A stretch of DNA of 64,000 nt, taken from contig WLWZ01000002.1 in assembly GCA_012103315.1 (NCBI GenBank), positions 71,381 through 135,380 of the forward strand. Direction: 5' to 3'. The notes beneath the pieces were generated by a model, which searched no databases, had not been told where the DNA came from, and saw only the letters and a list, made by a program, of their open reading frames with translations. The translations under genes were made by a program, and so were the position numbers. Source of the DNA: Alphaproteobacteria bacterium. Lineage in GTDB: Bacteria > Pseudomonadota > Alphaproteobacteria > MPNO01 > UBA2964. Positions 46,600 through 55,298 of the stretch are shown here, in pieces; positions within the stretch are counted from its first letter, which is position 1; each line of letters starts with the position of its first letter.

Positions 46600-47487
46600 A
46601 TGACGGACGCACGCTTGATCGACGGCAAAGCATTTGCTGCCCAGCTGCGAGAGACCCTCGGTCGTCGCGCTGCCGTGCTAAAAGCACAGCATGGGTTGGT
46701 TCCGGGTCTGGCGGCCGTGCTGGTTGGCGAAGACCCGGCGAGCCAGGTCTATGTCCGCAACAAGGAAAAACAGACCGTCGAAGCCGGCATGGCCTCTGTC
46801 GGACGCCGTTTGCCCGCAGATGTCTCTGAGGCTGATCTGATGGCGGTCGTTGCCGAACTAAATGATGATCCCGCGGTCCATGGCATTCTCGTGCAGCTTC
46901 CGTTGCCGGCTCACATTGCCGAAAAGCCCGTCATTGAAATGATTGATATTGCAAAGGATGTCGACGGGTTTCATCCGCTCAATGTCGGCGCACTCTCCAG
47001 CGGTGAAGAAGGGCTGGTGCCTTGCACACCACGCGGCTGCATGATGTTGCTTGAAGATACACTCGGTGATTTAACCGGGATGAATGCCGTTGTCGTCGGC
47101 CGCTCCAATATTGTCGGCAAACCGATTGCCCAATTGTTACTGGCCGCCAACTGTACGGTCACTATCGCCCATTCGCGGACTAAAGATTTGCCCGGATTGT
47201 GCCGTACCGCTGATATTCTAATTGCAGCAGTTGGCCGCCCGCAGATGATCAAAGGTGACTGGGTCAAGCCAGGGGCAGCAGTGATCGATGTCGGGATCAA
47301 TCGTATTGAAGCCGAAGGTGGCAAAACGCGGTTGGTCGGGGATGTTGATTTCGACGACGCGGTTCAGGTCGCGGGTTCCATCACTCCGGTACCGGGCGGC
47401 GTTGGTCCGATGACCATCGCCTGTCTGCTGGAAAATACGTTGATCGCCTGCTGCCGCCAAAACAGCGTCGAACTACCTGACGTCTGA
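46600..47487 (+). CDS. folD: Bifunctional methylenetetrahydrofolate dehydrogenase/methenyl-THF cyclohydrolase
   Basis: Full-length FolD ([43 protein letters not shown]). Confidence 0.96.
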   Translation: MTDARLIDGKAFAAQLRETLGRRAAVLKAQHGLVPGLAAVLVGEDPASQVYVRNKEKQTVEAGMASVGRRLPADVSEADLMAVVAELNDDPAVHGILVQLPLPAHIAEKPVIEMIDIAKDVDGFHPLNVGALSSGEEGLVPCTPRGCMMLLEDTLGDLTGMNAVVVGRSNIVGKPIAQLLLAANCTVTIAHSRTKDLPGLCRTADILIAAVGRPQMIKGDWVKPGAAVIDVGINRIEAEGGKTRLVGDVDFDDAVQVAGSITPVPGGVGPMTIACLLENTLIACCRQNSVELPDV

Positions 47488-47501
47488 ATTTTACTTTTTT
47501 T

Positions 47502-47586
47502 GTCACCCCGGACCACGATCCGGGGTCCATATCGACGACTGCGCCAAGGAATATCCATGGATCCCGCATCAAGTGCGGGATGACGA
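47502..47586. repeat. REP-like bipartite palindromic element, copy B (best preserved)
   Basis: GTCACCCCGGACCACGATCCGGGGTCC (7-bp stem CCCCGGA/TCCGGGG), then a 30-nt spacer, then GGATCCCGCATCAAGTGCGGGATGACG (7-bp stem TCCCGCA/TGCGGGA). Lies between convergent folD and a VOC gene. Confidence 0.85.
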
Positions 47587-47643
47587 ATAGAGGAGCTGGA
47601 ATAGCGGCGCGAGAAATCGCAAATTCGCTGGCGCCTAATTAAT

Positions 47644-48078
47644 TTAGTCTTCTTTCGGCGGCGGGCCATCTTTGCGGGCACCGCCCCAGCCGGTATGGGT
47701 AATATCAAAGATGGTTCCGTTGGGGTCGGTATATTTCATTTCATAGAAGACGTTGTCGCCCTCCATCTCGCCCATAAACCATTCGCCGCCGTTTTCTTTA
47801 ATCTTTTCCTGGCTGGCTTCCACGTCATCCACCCAAAAGCCAAAATGATGGACACCGAACCAGTCCTTGGTTTTACCCTCGCCCATCGGGCGGTCGTCCT
47901 TATAGCGCAGCAAGGCAACATTGATCGTGCCATCGGTTAGATAGACGCCATCTGCCATAGGCGCCTTCACCGAGGTGACCTTCTCCATGCCAAATGTCGA
48001 CATATAAAACTCAGCTGTCTTTTCCGGATCAGGAACCGACAGCGCGATATGCCGTAGCTTACCTGTTGCTTTGGTCAT
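47644..48078 (-). CDS. VOC (glyoxalase/bleomycin-resistance/dioxygenase) family protein
   Basis: LRHIALSVPDPEKTAEFY..FGM... and HHFGFWVDD. Start set at ATG 48078 with GGAGAA upstream; the longer track ORF runs through the upstream hairpin. Confidence 0.8.
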   Translation of the reverse strand: MTKATGKLRHIALSVPDPEKTAEFYMSTFGMEKVTSVKAPMADGVYLTDGTINVALLRYKDDRPMGEGKTKDWFGVHHFGFWVDDVEASQEKIKENGGEWFMGEMEGDNVFYEMKYTDPNGTIFDITHTGWGGARKDGPPPKED

Positions 48079-48104
48079 TTTGTTCTCCGCTCTGCGGTAC
48101 CGAT

Positions 48105-48164
48105 CCTCTCCCCCTCCCGACCACCCAATGCGAGTATCCTGTCGGTGGTCGGGAGGGGGAGAGG
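48105..48164. repeat. Perfect 21-bp inverted repeat (intergenic hairpin)
   Basis: CCTCTCCCCCTCCCGACCACC (48105-48125) and its exact reverse complement GGTGGTCGGGAGGGGGAGAGG (48144-48164), with an 18-nt loop. Lies between two co-directional minus-strand genes. Confidence 0.85.
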
Positions 48165-48184
48165 GCTGGAACGAGCTTAAAGTA

Positions 48185-49300
48185 TTAAGAAGGTCCTTTG
48201 ATGTTAAACATCTCCGCCGCATGATCCCACAGCACGCGCTGCTTGATATCGGCAGGAACCCCCTCAAACATTTTATCAATCGGAATCGACACATCCGGCC
48301 AGGTACCCTGCGGATGCGGGTAGTCTGAGCCCCAGATCGCGACATCGCCAAGATTGCACCAATCGAGCTTCATCATCTCGGTGCCGACATAATCTTCTTC
48401 AAAGGTGAAACCACAATTGCGCTTGGCGTATTCGCTTGGCAGCAAGGACAACGGCGCCGACGGATCGGGTGCCCGCTCTTCAACCTGACGATCACACCAT
48501 TCAATGGCGAATGGCACCCAGCCAACCCGACATTCCGAGAACAGAACTTTCAAATTGGGATGACGTTCAAACGCGCCGCAGAACACCAGCTGCGCGAACG
48601 TGTTGCACAGGTTGAACGGTGCCGTCGCGAGAAACGCGATCTGTGCACCGCGATGGTACGGCGGCAATGGCGCATCCGCGGCACCACCAATATGAATGCA
48701 TAGCGGCACGCTGGCTTCTGCAGCCATCGCCCACAGCGGTTCCCAAACCTCATCATAGACCGGCTTGGCCACATCGAAGGGCGGGAATTCAACCGCCTTG
48801 GCACCTGCCTTGATCATGCGATCAAGTTCCTTGAGGCACTCCTCCGGATACTTCGTCGGCAGTGCCGGCAGCAGAAAAATCCGGTCAGGGTTAATCTTGT
48901 TGACCTCCATCGCGTAGTCGTTGAACGCGCGATAAACCGCGAACAGTAATTCCGGGTCGCTGACATTCCATTTGCGGACACTGGCGAAAATGACACTCGA
49001 CCAGACTTTCGATTGATCCATGTGGTCAAGCAGGATTGTCGGGTCCGCCGGCGGCAGCGCCCCATCCGGCAAATCAACACCATGATCACGGAACGGTTTC
49101 AGGAACTGCGCGCTGTTAGACCCATCGGCCGATTTGTCCCACAGCTTGCCTTCCCAGGTCCATTGCGAGCCATTCTCGCCTTCAATGACTTTCGGACCAA
49201 TCTCCTTGAATTTGGCGGGCAAACGGTCCTGCCACAAATCCTTTGGACACCAATGGGTGTCGAGATGATTGTCCGCGGAAATGTAAAGATACTCGGTCAT
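48185..49300 (-). CDS. Amidohydrolase_2 family metal-dependent hydrolase/decarboxylase (ACMSD/LigW-like)
   Basis: N-terminal ISADNHLD metal-binding motif, ...HIGG..., and WGSDYPH near the C-terminus. Start set at ATG 49300 with GGAGA upstream. Confidence 0.8.
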   Translation of the reverse strand: MTEYLYISADNHLDTHWCPKDLWQDRLPAKFKEIGPKVIEGENGSQWTWEGKLWDKSADGSNSAQFLKPFRDHGVDLPDGALPPADPTILLDHMDQSKVWSSVIFASVRKWNVSDPELLFAVYRAFNDYAMEVNKINPDRIFLLPALPTKYPEECLKELDRMIKAGAKAVEFPPFDVAKPVYDEVWEPLWAMAAEASVPLCIHIGGAADAPLPPYHRGAQIAFLATAPFNLCNTFAQLVFCGAFERHPNLKVLFSECRVGWVPFAIEWCDRQVEERAPDPSAPLSLLPSEYAKRNCGFTFEEDYVGTEMMKLDWCNLGDVAIWGSDYPHPQGTWPDVSIPIDKMFEGVPADIKQRVLWDHAAEMFNIKGPS

Positions 49301-49383
49301 CGAAAACGTCTCCAGAAATGAGGGTGTTTTATGGCCAGCACCATCGCGCACCGATCCTAAAACGTCAAGTTGACGCACATTGG

Positions 49384-50259
49384 CTAGGATGCTTTTCGCA
49401 TCGCCTCACGCCGCGTGATAACCAGCACGGCCATAAAGATAATCGCGGCGCCAACCCAGGTTTCAGCGTCGGAATATTCACCAAACAAAATCCAGCCAAA
49501 TGCCGAAGCAATCGGTAGGCGCATGAAATCAACCGGACCCAACAGACTGGCATCCGCAACTTTCATGCCGCGGGCAAGGAAGATATGACCCAGCGTTCCA
49601 AATGCCCCGACGGCGAGAATCCAGCCTGCCTGATTCCAGCTTGGCCATATCCAATCCGGGATTGCCAGGATCAGCGCCACCGGCACCAGCGCCAGGTTCA
49701 AATAAAAGATCAACACGGCACCACTAATATTCAACGCGACATGTTTGGTGATGAGCTGTACCGAGGCATTCGACATCGCTGACACCAAAATACCGATGAT
49801 CAACGGATTGAACGGCACGTAGCCGGGCCGGATGATCACCAGGGCGCCGATAAAGCCAATGACGACCGCACTCCATCGCCAGACCCCGACATTCTCACGC
49901 AAGATCAGTGCCGCCCCGACAACGACAAAAAGCGGGTGGGTGAATTGTACGGCTGTCACGTCTGACACCGACATACCAGTGAGGGCCAGAAACCAACACA
50001 AAATGCCAGCAACTGAGATTAGACTGCGCCACATCACCAGCTTCCACTGCTCGGGCGCCAGAATTTTAGGCTCGTACCGGACGGTATGGAGCAACCACGG
50101 GAGTAACACCAGCAACCCCATGATACCCCGAAAAAAAACCAGCTGCGGGCCGGAGAAACCGTCGAAGCTAAGATAACGGACGGCCGTCATCATAGCGCAC
50201 ATAGAGGTTGTCTGGGCCAGCATCCACAGCATGCCGCGAACCGGTGGTGACAGGGTCAT
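49384..50259 (-). CDS. DMT-superfamily (EamA) transporter
   Basis: Ten-TM profile with duplicated EamA halves. Confidence 0.85.
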   Translation of the reverse strand: MTLSPPVRGMLWMLAQTTSMCAMMTAVRYLSFDGFSGPQLVFFRGIMGLLVLLPWLLHTVRYEPKILAPEQWKLVMWRSLISVAGILCWFLALTGMSVSDVTAVQFTHPLFVVVGAALILRENVGVWRWSAVVIGFIGALVIIRPGYVPFNPLIIGILVSAMSNASVQLITKHVALNISGAVLIFYLNLALVPVALILAIPDWIWPSWNQAGWILAVGAFGTLGHIFLARGMKVADASLLGPVDFMRLPIASAFGWILFGEYSDAETWVGAAIIFMAVLVITRREAMRKAS

Positions 50260-51125
50260 TAAGCGCTTTCCCGCTTTTCAACCCGTCTTGCATGCCAGGT
50301 GTTGTACCAGGCCGCGAGGAAGATCACGCTGGCACCAACATAGGTCCAGACATCGGAGATATCGTTGAACAGGAAGTACGCCCCGATCGACGAGAACACC
50401 AAACGTAGGAAATCGATTGGGGCCAACGCGCTGGCATCGGCATAGCGCATCGCTTTGAGCAAACAGGTATGCGCGGTCGTGCCGGTAATACCCAGCACCA
50501 CAATCCATCCCGCATGTTCCCAACCGGGCATCGACCAATAGAACGGCAAAGCAATTGCGGCGCCGGGCAGAACAAGAAGGTTCATATAAAACGCCGTCGC
50601 GTTGGGTGACTCTGTGCCGGACATAAACTTGGTGATGACGTGATTGCCGCCATAGAGCGCGCCAGACAGCAGGACAAAATAATGCGCCCAGCCAATTTCC
50701 TGAAAACCCGGGCGCAGAACAATGAGCACTCCGACAAACCCAATCGCGGTAGCCGTCCAACGGATGGCATCAACATGCTCACGGAGAAAGATCGCAGCAA
50801 AGATGATCATAAAAAGCGGCAAGGTAAAATGCAGCGCGATAGCGTCTCCCAGTGGCAGCGCACCAATGGCGGCAAACCACAGAAACATCCCAACGCCCAT
50901 CATCCCTGCCCGCATCGAGTGCTGCCCAAACTTGCTAGTCTTGAGCGCGCCAATACCCTCACGGACAATCCACGGCACGAACAGCAACACGCCAAACAGG
51001 CAACGAATAAAGACGATCTGCACGGATTCCATATCCGCCGACAAGGCGCGCACGCTGATGCTTAGCGCGACAAACGACAGCGTTGTCAGCAGCATCCAAA
51101 AAGCGCCGAGATAGATGGGAGGCAA
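50259..51125 (-). CDS. DMT-superfamily (EamA) transporter, tandem paralogue
   Basis: Same architecture as the downstream gene. Its stop overlaps the next gene's start by 1 nt (TAATG). Confidence 0.85.
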   Translation of the reverse strand: MPPIYLGAFWMLLTTLSFVALSISVRALSADMESVQIVFIRCLFGVLLFVPWIVREGIGALKTSKFGQHSMRAGMMGVGMFLWFAAIGALPLGDAIALHFTLPLFMIIFAAIFLREHVDAIRWTATAIGFVGVLIVLRPGFQEIGWAHYFVLLSGALYGGNHVITKFMSGTESPNATAFYMNLLVLPGAAIALPFYWSMPGWEHAGWIVVLGITGTTAHTCLLKAMRYADASALAPIDFLRLVFSSIGAYFLFNDISDVWTYVGASVIFLAAWYNTWHARRVEKRESA

Positions 51126-51269
51126 GTTTGCGGAACCTTATGAATGAGGAGATCAAATGACGTCCGTCCCAGTCTAACCCTTTACCGGGTCGCTATCGAC
51201 CCCACCGCTTTACCAATCTGAAGAGTCATGGAATGCTGCCGCGCAAATTGTCAGTGAGAGTCCGTACAA

Positions 51270-52220
51270 ATGCCCGTATCCCGCATCGATGTTCATCACC
51301 ATGTGCTGCCGGAATTCTATAAGGACGCGCAGCGTGCGGTCGGAATCTCCGGCACGGCCTATCGTGGCTTTCCGGATTGGACACCAGAAAAGTCGCTTGC
51401 ATTGATGGATACGACAAACACCGCTACCAGCATCATGTCGTTTACCTCGCCGGGAATTTACTTTGGTGACCTTGCCGTTACCCGTGACCTGGCGCGGCAA
51501 TGCAATGACTATCTGGCGCAACTTGCCGCGGACCATCCCGGTCGATTTGGTGGGTTCGCGTTTTTACCACTACCCGATATCGACGCATCACTGCGGGAAA
51601 TGGAACGGGTGCTGGATGATCTTAAACTCGATGGCATCACCCTGCTGACGAGTGTCGACGAGAAATATATCGGCCATCCAGATTTTGAACCGATCTATGA
51701 AGAGCTTAATCGGCGCAAGGCGGTGACCTTTATTCATCCTTGCTATCCGCCGGGCACAGAAGCAGAGGGCTGGAGCATCCCCCGGATGATTATCGATTAC
51801 CCGTTTGAAACCACCCGAGTTGCAACCAATCTCATCTTCAATGGCATAATGGAGCGCCTGCCGGATATCCCATTTATTCTGTCGCATTCCGGTGGCACCT
51901 TGCCGTTCCTGGCGCATCGCATTGCCATCTTCGATACGCAAACACCGTTTCAGGACAAATATCCGAAGGGTGCGCTGCACTATATGAAGCAGTTTTATTT
52001 CGACACGGCTTTGTCCGGTGATGCATCGGTTCTCGATTGCCTGGCGAGCGTCGCTGACCCATCGCGTATTATGTTTGGATCTGATTATCCATATATTTCG
52101 GAAGACGTCGCCGAGGCCGAAACCGCCGGATTTGATGCCTATACGGGATTTGACGACGCGACAGTTGGGGCGATAAATCGTAGGACCGCTGAGACACTTT
52201 TCCCGCGTTTCACTACCTAA
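51270..52220 (+). CDS. Amidohydrolase_2 family protein (ACMSD-like)
   Basis: IDVHHHVLP N-terminal metal motif, FIHP, SHSGG and FGSDYPY. Confidence 0.85.
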   Translation: MPVSRIDVHHHVLPEFYKDAQRAVGISGTAYRGFPDWTPEKSLALMDTTNTATSIMSFTSPGIYFGDLAVTRDLARQCNDYLAQLAADHPGRFGGFAFLPLPDIDASLREMERVLDDLKLDGITLLTSVDEKYIGHPDFEPIYEELNRRKAVTFIHPCYPPGTEAEGWSIPRMIIDYPFETTRVATNLIFNGIMERLPDIPFILSHSGGTLPFLAHRIAIFDTQTPFQDKYPKGALHYMKQFYFDTALSGDASVLDCLASVADPSRIMFGSDYPYISEDVAEAETAGFDAYTGFDDATVGAINRRTAETLFPRFTT

Positions 52221-52237
52221 TCAAAACGAGCCAGACC

Positions 52238-52822
52238 ATGAGTACAATCGATAACACCCCGATAACCCGTGGCGTTCATCACCTTGCGCTCACCACCGAG
52301 GATATGAAGGCAACCACCGAGTTCTTTGTCGATATTATTGGCATGCCATTAGTCCACGCCATGAAGGTTCCTGCTGGGCTTGGCACCGGTCCGAACAACC
52401 GGGGCAATCCGCCTTATGAAGAGATCCGGCATTATTTCTTCGATATGGGGAATGACAGCCTGCTGGCGTTCTTTGAAATTCCCAAAGGCGCTGAGCCCAC
52501 AGCAAACCGCAATGCCATTGGAGGCATGCAGCATGTTGCCTTCGTGGTCACCGAAAAACGATTTTACGAGATCGAGCAGCGGCTCAAAGATAATGGGATC
52601 GAGTATAATGGCCCAACCCCACAGCTGCCGGGATTGATCGGACTCTATTTTTTCGACCCCAATGGCATTCGCATGGAGATGGCATGCCAGCCCGCCGATG
52701 GCGAGAACCCCGACGTCATGACCTGTAATACCCAGACCCTAGCGGTCGCGCGGGCTGAGCTGGAATCCCTCACCGACGATGGCGCATGGATCGACCGCAT
52801 GTTAAATACCCTCAAAGATTAA
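52238..52822 (+). CDS. VOC family protein
   Basis: GVHHLALTTEDMKATTEFF..IIGM and MQHVAF motifs. Confidence 0.8.
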   Translation: MSTIDNTPITRGVHHLALTTEDMKATTEFFVDIIGMPLVHAMKVPAGLGTGPNNRGNPPYEEIRHYFFDMGNDSLLAFFEIPKGAEPTANRNAIGGMQHVAFVVTEKRFYEIEQRLKDNGIEYNGPTPQLPGLIGLYFFDPNGIRMEMACQPADGENPDVMTCNTQTLAVARAELESLTDDGAWIDRMLNTLKD

Positions 52823-52844
52823 TCGAACCTGCTGGGAGGACAAT

Positions 52845-53870
52845 ATGCCAGTAATTGATTCAGACGCGCATGTCATCGAATCCAACAAGACCTGGAGCTA
52901 TCTCGCTGATGATGAGAAGCATTTCGCGCCGGTCGTGTTGCACAAAACCGGAGAAGAGCCGTCCATCGACAACACCTATTGGCTGAGCGGCGACAATGTT
53001 CAACCCAAGGATAACGCAGATACTTTGAGCATGGATGAAACGTCGCGCGAGATGGGCAGTGTCGATGCCCGTCTTCATCATATGGATGAGCTCAATATCG
53101 ATCTTCAGGTGCTCTATCCAACAATCTTTCTGGTCCCTGTTGCTCGCGATCCGCAGCAACAAGCTGCACAGTATCGTGCCTATAATCGTTGGCTCGCCGA
53201 TATCTGGGAAATGGGTGGCGGACGGTTGCGCTGGGCCGCCTGTGTGCCGACTTGGTCCATGCACCTGGTGCGCGACGAGTTGAAATTTGCCAAAGAGCAT
53301 GGCGCCTGCGCGGTGTTTATCCGGCCTTACGAATGTGATCGCTATGTGGGCGACAGCTATTTCGATCCACTGTTCAAGGCCGCTGAAGAGGTCGATCTTG
53401 CCATCGCGTTTCACTCTGCCAATGCCAGCTATCAGAACAATGTGTTCCATGAAGGCCACAATTTCGGTCGCTTTAAAATGGCGATGATTTCGCAGTTTCA
53501 TTATCTGCTGGAAAAAGAACTACCCGCGAAATATCCCAATTTGCGTTGGGCCTTTATTGAGGCCGCTGCGTCCTGGCTGCCCTATGCGCTGCAAGATGTT
53601 GAAAGTCGCCTGTCACGCAAAGGCAAGAAGCTCGGTGATAGCCCGCTAAAAGACAATAACATATGGGTCACGCTCGAGATGGCAGACGATATTCCCTATC
53701 TGATCGATCAAGTCGGCGACGATAATTTCCTGATCGGCACCGATTACGGCCATACCGATACCTCAGCGCAAATCGAAGCCCTTCGCATGCTCAGCGAAGA
53801 CCCCAAGATCGCCGCCAGCTCTATCGAGAAGATTCTCGACCCCAACCCAACCAAGCTTTACGGGTTTTAG
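52845..53870 (+). CDS. Amidohydrolase_2 family protein
   Basis: VIDSDAHVIE N-terminal metal motif and IGTDYGHTD near the C-terminus. GGGAGG Shine-Dalgarno upstream. Confidence 0.85.
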   Translation: MPVIDSDAHVIESNKTWSYLADDEKHFAPVVLHKTGEEPSIDNTYWLSGDNVQPKDNADTLSMDETSREMGSVDARLHHMDELNIDLQVLYPTIFLVPVARDPQQQAAQYRAYNRWLADIWEMGGGRLRWAACVPTWSMHLVRDELKFAKEHGACAVFIRPYECDRYVGDSYFDPLFKAAEEVDLAIAFHSANASYQNNVFHEGHNFGRFKMAMISQFHYLLEKELPAKYPNLRWAFIEAAASWLPYALQDVESRLSRKGKKLGDSPLKDNNIWVTLEMADDIPYLIDQVGDDNFLIGTDYGHTDTSAQIEALRMLSEDPKIAASSIEKILDPNPTKLYGF

Positions 53871-53876
53871 ACAGAG

Positions 53877-54080
53877 TTATCCGGAGCGCGCCGACCCGCG
53901 CTGAGTCCGCGAAAACGCACCATCAACGCCCTGAGAGCCCATAGCTTTGCCGCCCTTGCCTGCGGCTTTCGCCTGTCCCGGCCAGCTATTCTGATTCTGG
54001 ACTACTGTATTCGCTTCGCGCTTCTTGGCGGGCTTCCCAGCACGGGCTTTCGCTCGTTCGCGTTGTCTGGCTTTGCTCAT
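53877..54080 (-). CDS. Possible small basic protein (67 aa), unverified
   Basis: ORF fits in an otherwise empty gap. Highly basic, low-complexity sequence (MSKARQRERAKARAGKPAKKRE...) with only a weak SD. It could be spurious. Confidence 0.3.
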   Translation of the reverse strand: MSKARQRERAKARAGKPAKKREANTVVQNQNSWPGQAKAAGKGGKAMGSQGVDGAFSRTQRGSARSG

Positions 54081-54271
54081 CGAATAATCGCCTTTCCGAA
54101 CTCATTGTGAAATTCATCGGTATCCACACAATAACAAAAACAGACCCCGCCCCCGATAGCCAGAAATTTATCGCACTGTCAGGGCTATTATTTTACCCGC
54201 ATGACCTTGCCAGCGTTGCCCACCGCCCACTAGGTTGGACGCAAATCAAATCCAGACACGTGAGGAAGATC

Positions 54272-55240
54272 ATGAAAATTGTCGTTTATGGTGCGGACAA
54301 GCGCACGGGCGTTCTCAATAATGACCAGATCATCGATATCGCCGGTGCAGTTGGCAAACAGGGCGATGCCAATGCCGCCGCGTTAGCCGATCTCGGCACC
54401 CTGATCGAAGGCGGTCAGGCGACTCTCGATAGTGTCCAGAAGGCGGTCGATAATCTCGGTCAAGCCGGTGACGACATCATCAGTTCCGCAGCTGATGCGA
54501 CATTACATGCCCCTCGGGCGAAAGGTGCTCGCGTCGCCTGTGCCGGAGGCAACTTCGCGGAGCACGCCCTTGCCATGGCGCAGCGCCGGATTGAACGCGG
54601 CGAGGACAACCCTATCGAGGGTGATCCGACAGATTATGTAAAACGTCGCGGTTTCTGGGGCTTCTGGAAGGTTGATCGTGAGTCGGCTGGCCACAATGCC
54701 AACCTGCCCTACCCGGCTCGTACCTCCTATCTCGACTATGAGGGCGAAGTCGCGGTGGTCCTCTGTAAGACTGGCAAGAATCTCAAGGAAGGTGATATCG
54801 ACAGCTTCGTTTGGGGTGTAACGCTGCTCGGCGACTGGAGTATCCGCATGTCCCCCGAAGGCGGACCGATGAAATTTGCCATGCAAAAAAACTTCGACAA
54901 TAGCTGCTCCATCGGTCCCTGAATTGTGGTCGGCGAGGTTGGCATCATGGATGTCGATCTTGAGACCCAGGTCAATGGCGATGTCCGGCAGAAATTCCGC
55001 TCTGGCGAAATGGCGTTTTCCTATGGTGAGTATCTTGAATATCTATCGCGTGATTTCACGCTTTATCCCGGCGACATGATCAGCGGCGGCACTGGCGCCG
55101 GCACCGCAGCTGACTCCTCGCAAACCGGCGATGATGGCAAGCCCTTGCAGGATCGGTTCCTCAAGATCGGTGATGTGGTCGATATCGTCTCACCACAAAT
55201 CGGCACGCTGCGAACCAACGTCACGGCAACCGAAAGTTAA
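54272..55240 (+). pseudogene. Fumarylacetoacetate hydrolase (FAH) family gene interrupted by an in-frame TGA at 54920-54922
   Basis: Track ORFs 54107-54922 and 54926-55240 are in the same frame. Read through, they give ...KNFDNSCSIGP*IVVGEVG...VNGDVRQ...GDMISGGTGAGT, a continuous FAH-family sequence. The stop falls where relatives have Trp (GPWIV). ATG at 54272 has GAGGAAG upstream. Confidence 0.8.
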
Positions 55241-55255
55241 AGGCCGACACCAGTT

Positions 55256-55282
55256 GTCACCCCGGACCGCGATCCGGGGCCC
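55256..55282. repeat. REP-like element, copy C (module 1 only)
   Basis: GTCACCCCGGACCGCGATCCGGGGCCC, between the convergent FAH and Hint genes. Confidence 0.75.
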
Positions 55283-55298
55283 ACGTCTTACGGCAAAC

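Noticed and set aside
54920-54922. Selenocysteine decoding of the in-frame TGA in the FAH-family gene
   Set aside because: The position corresponds to a structural Trp, not a redox Cys/Sec. No SECIS-like hairpin follows the codon immediately. FAH enzymes are not known selenoproteins.
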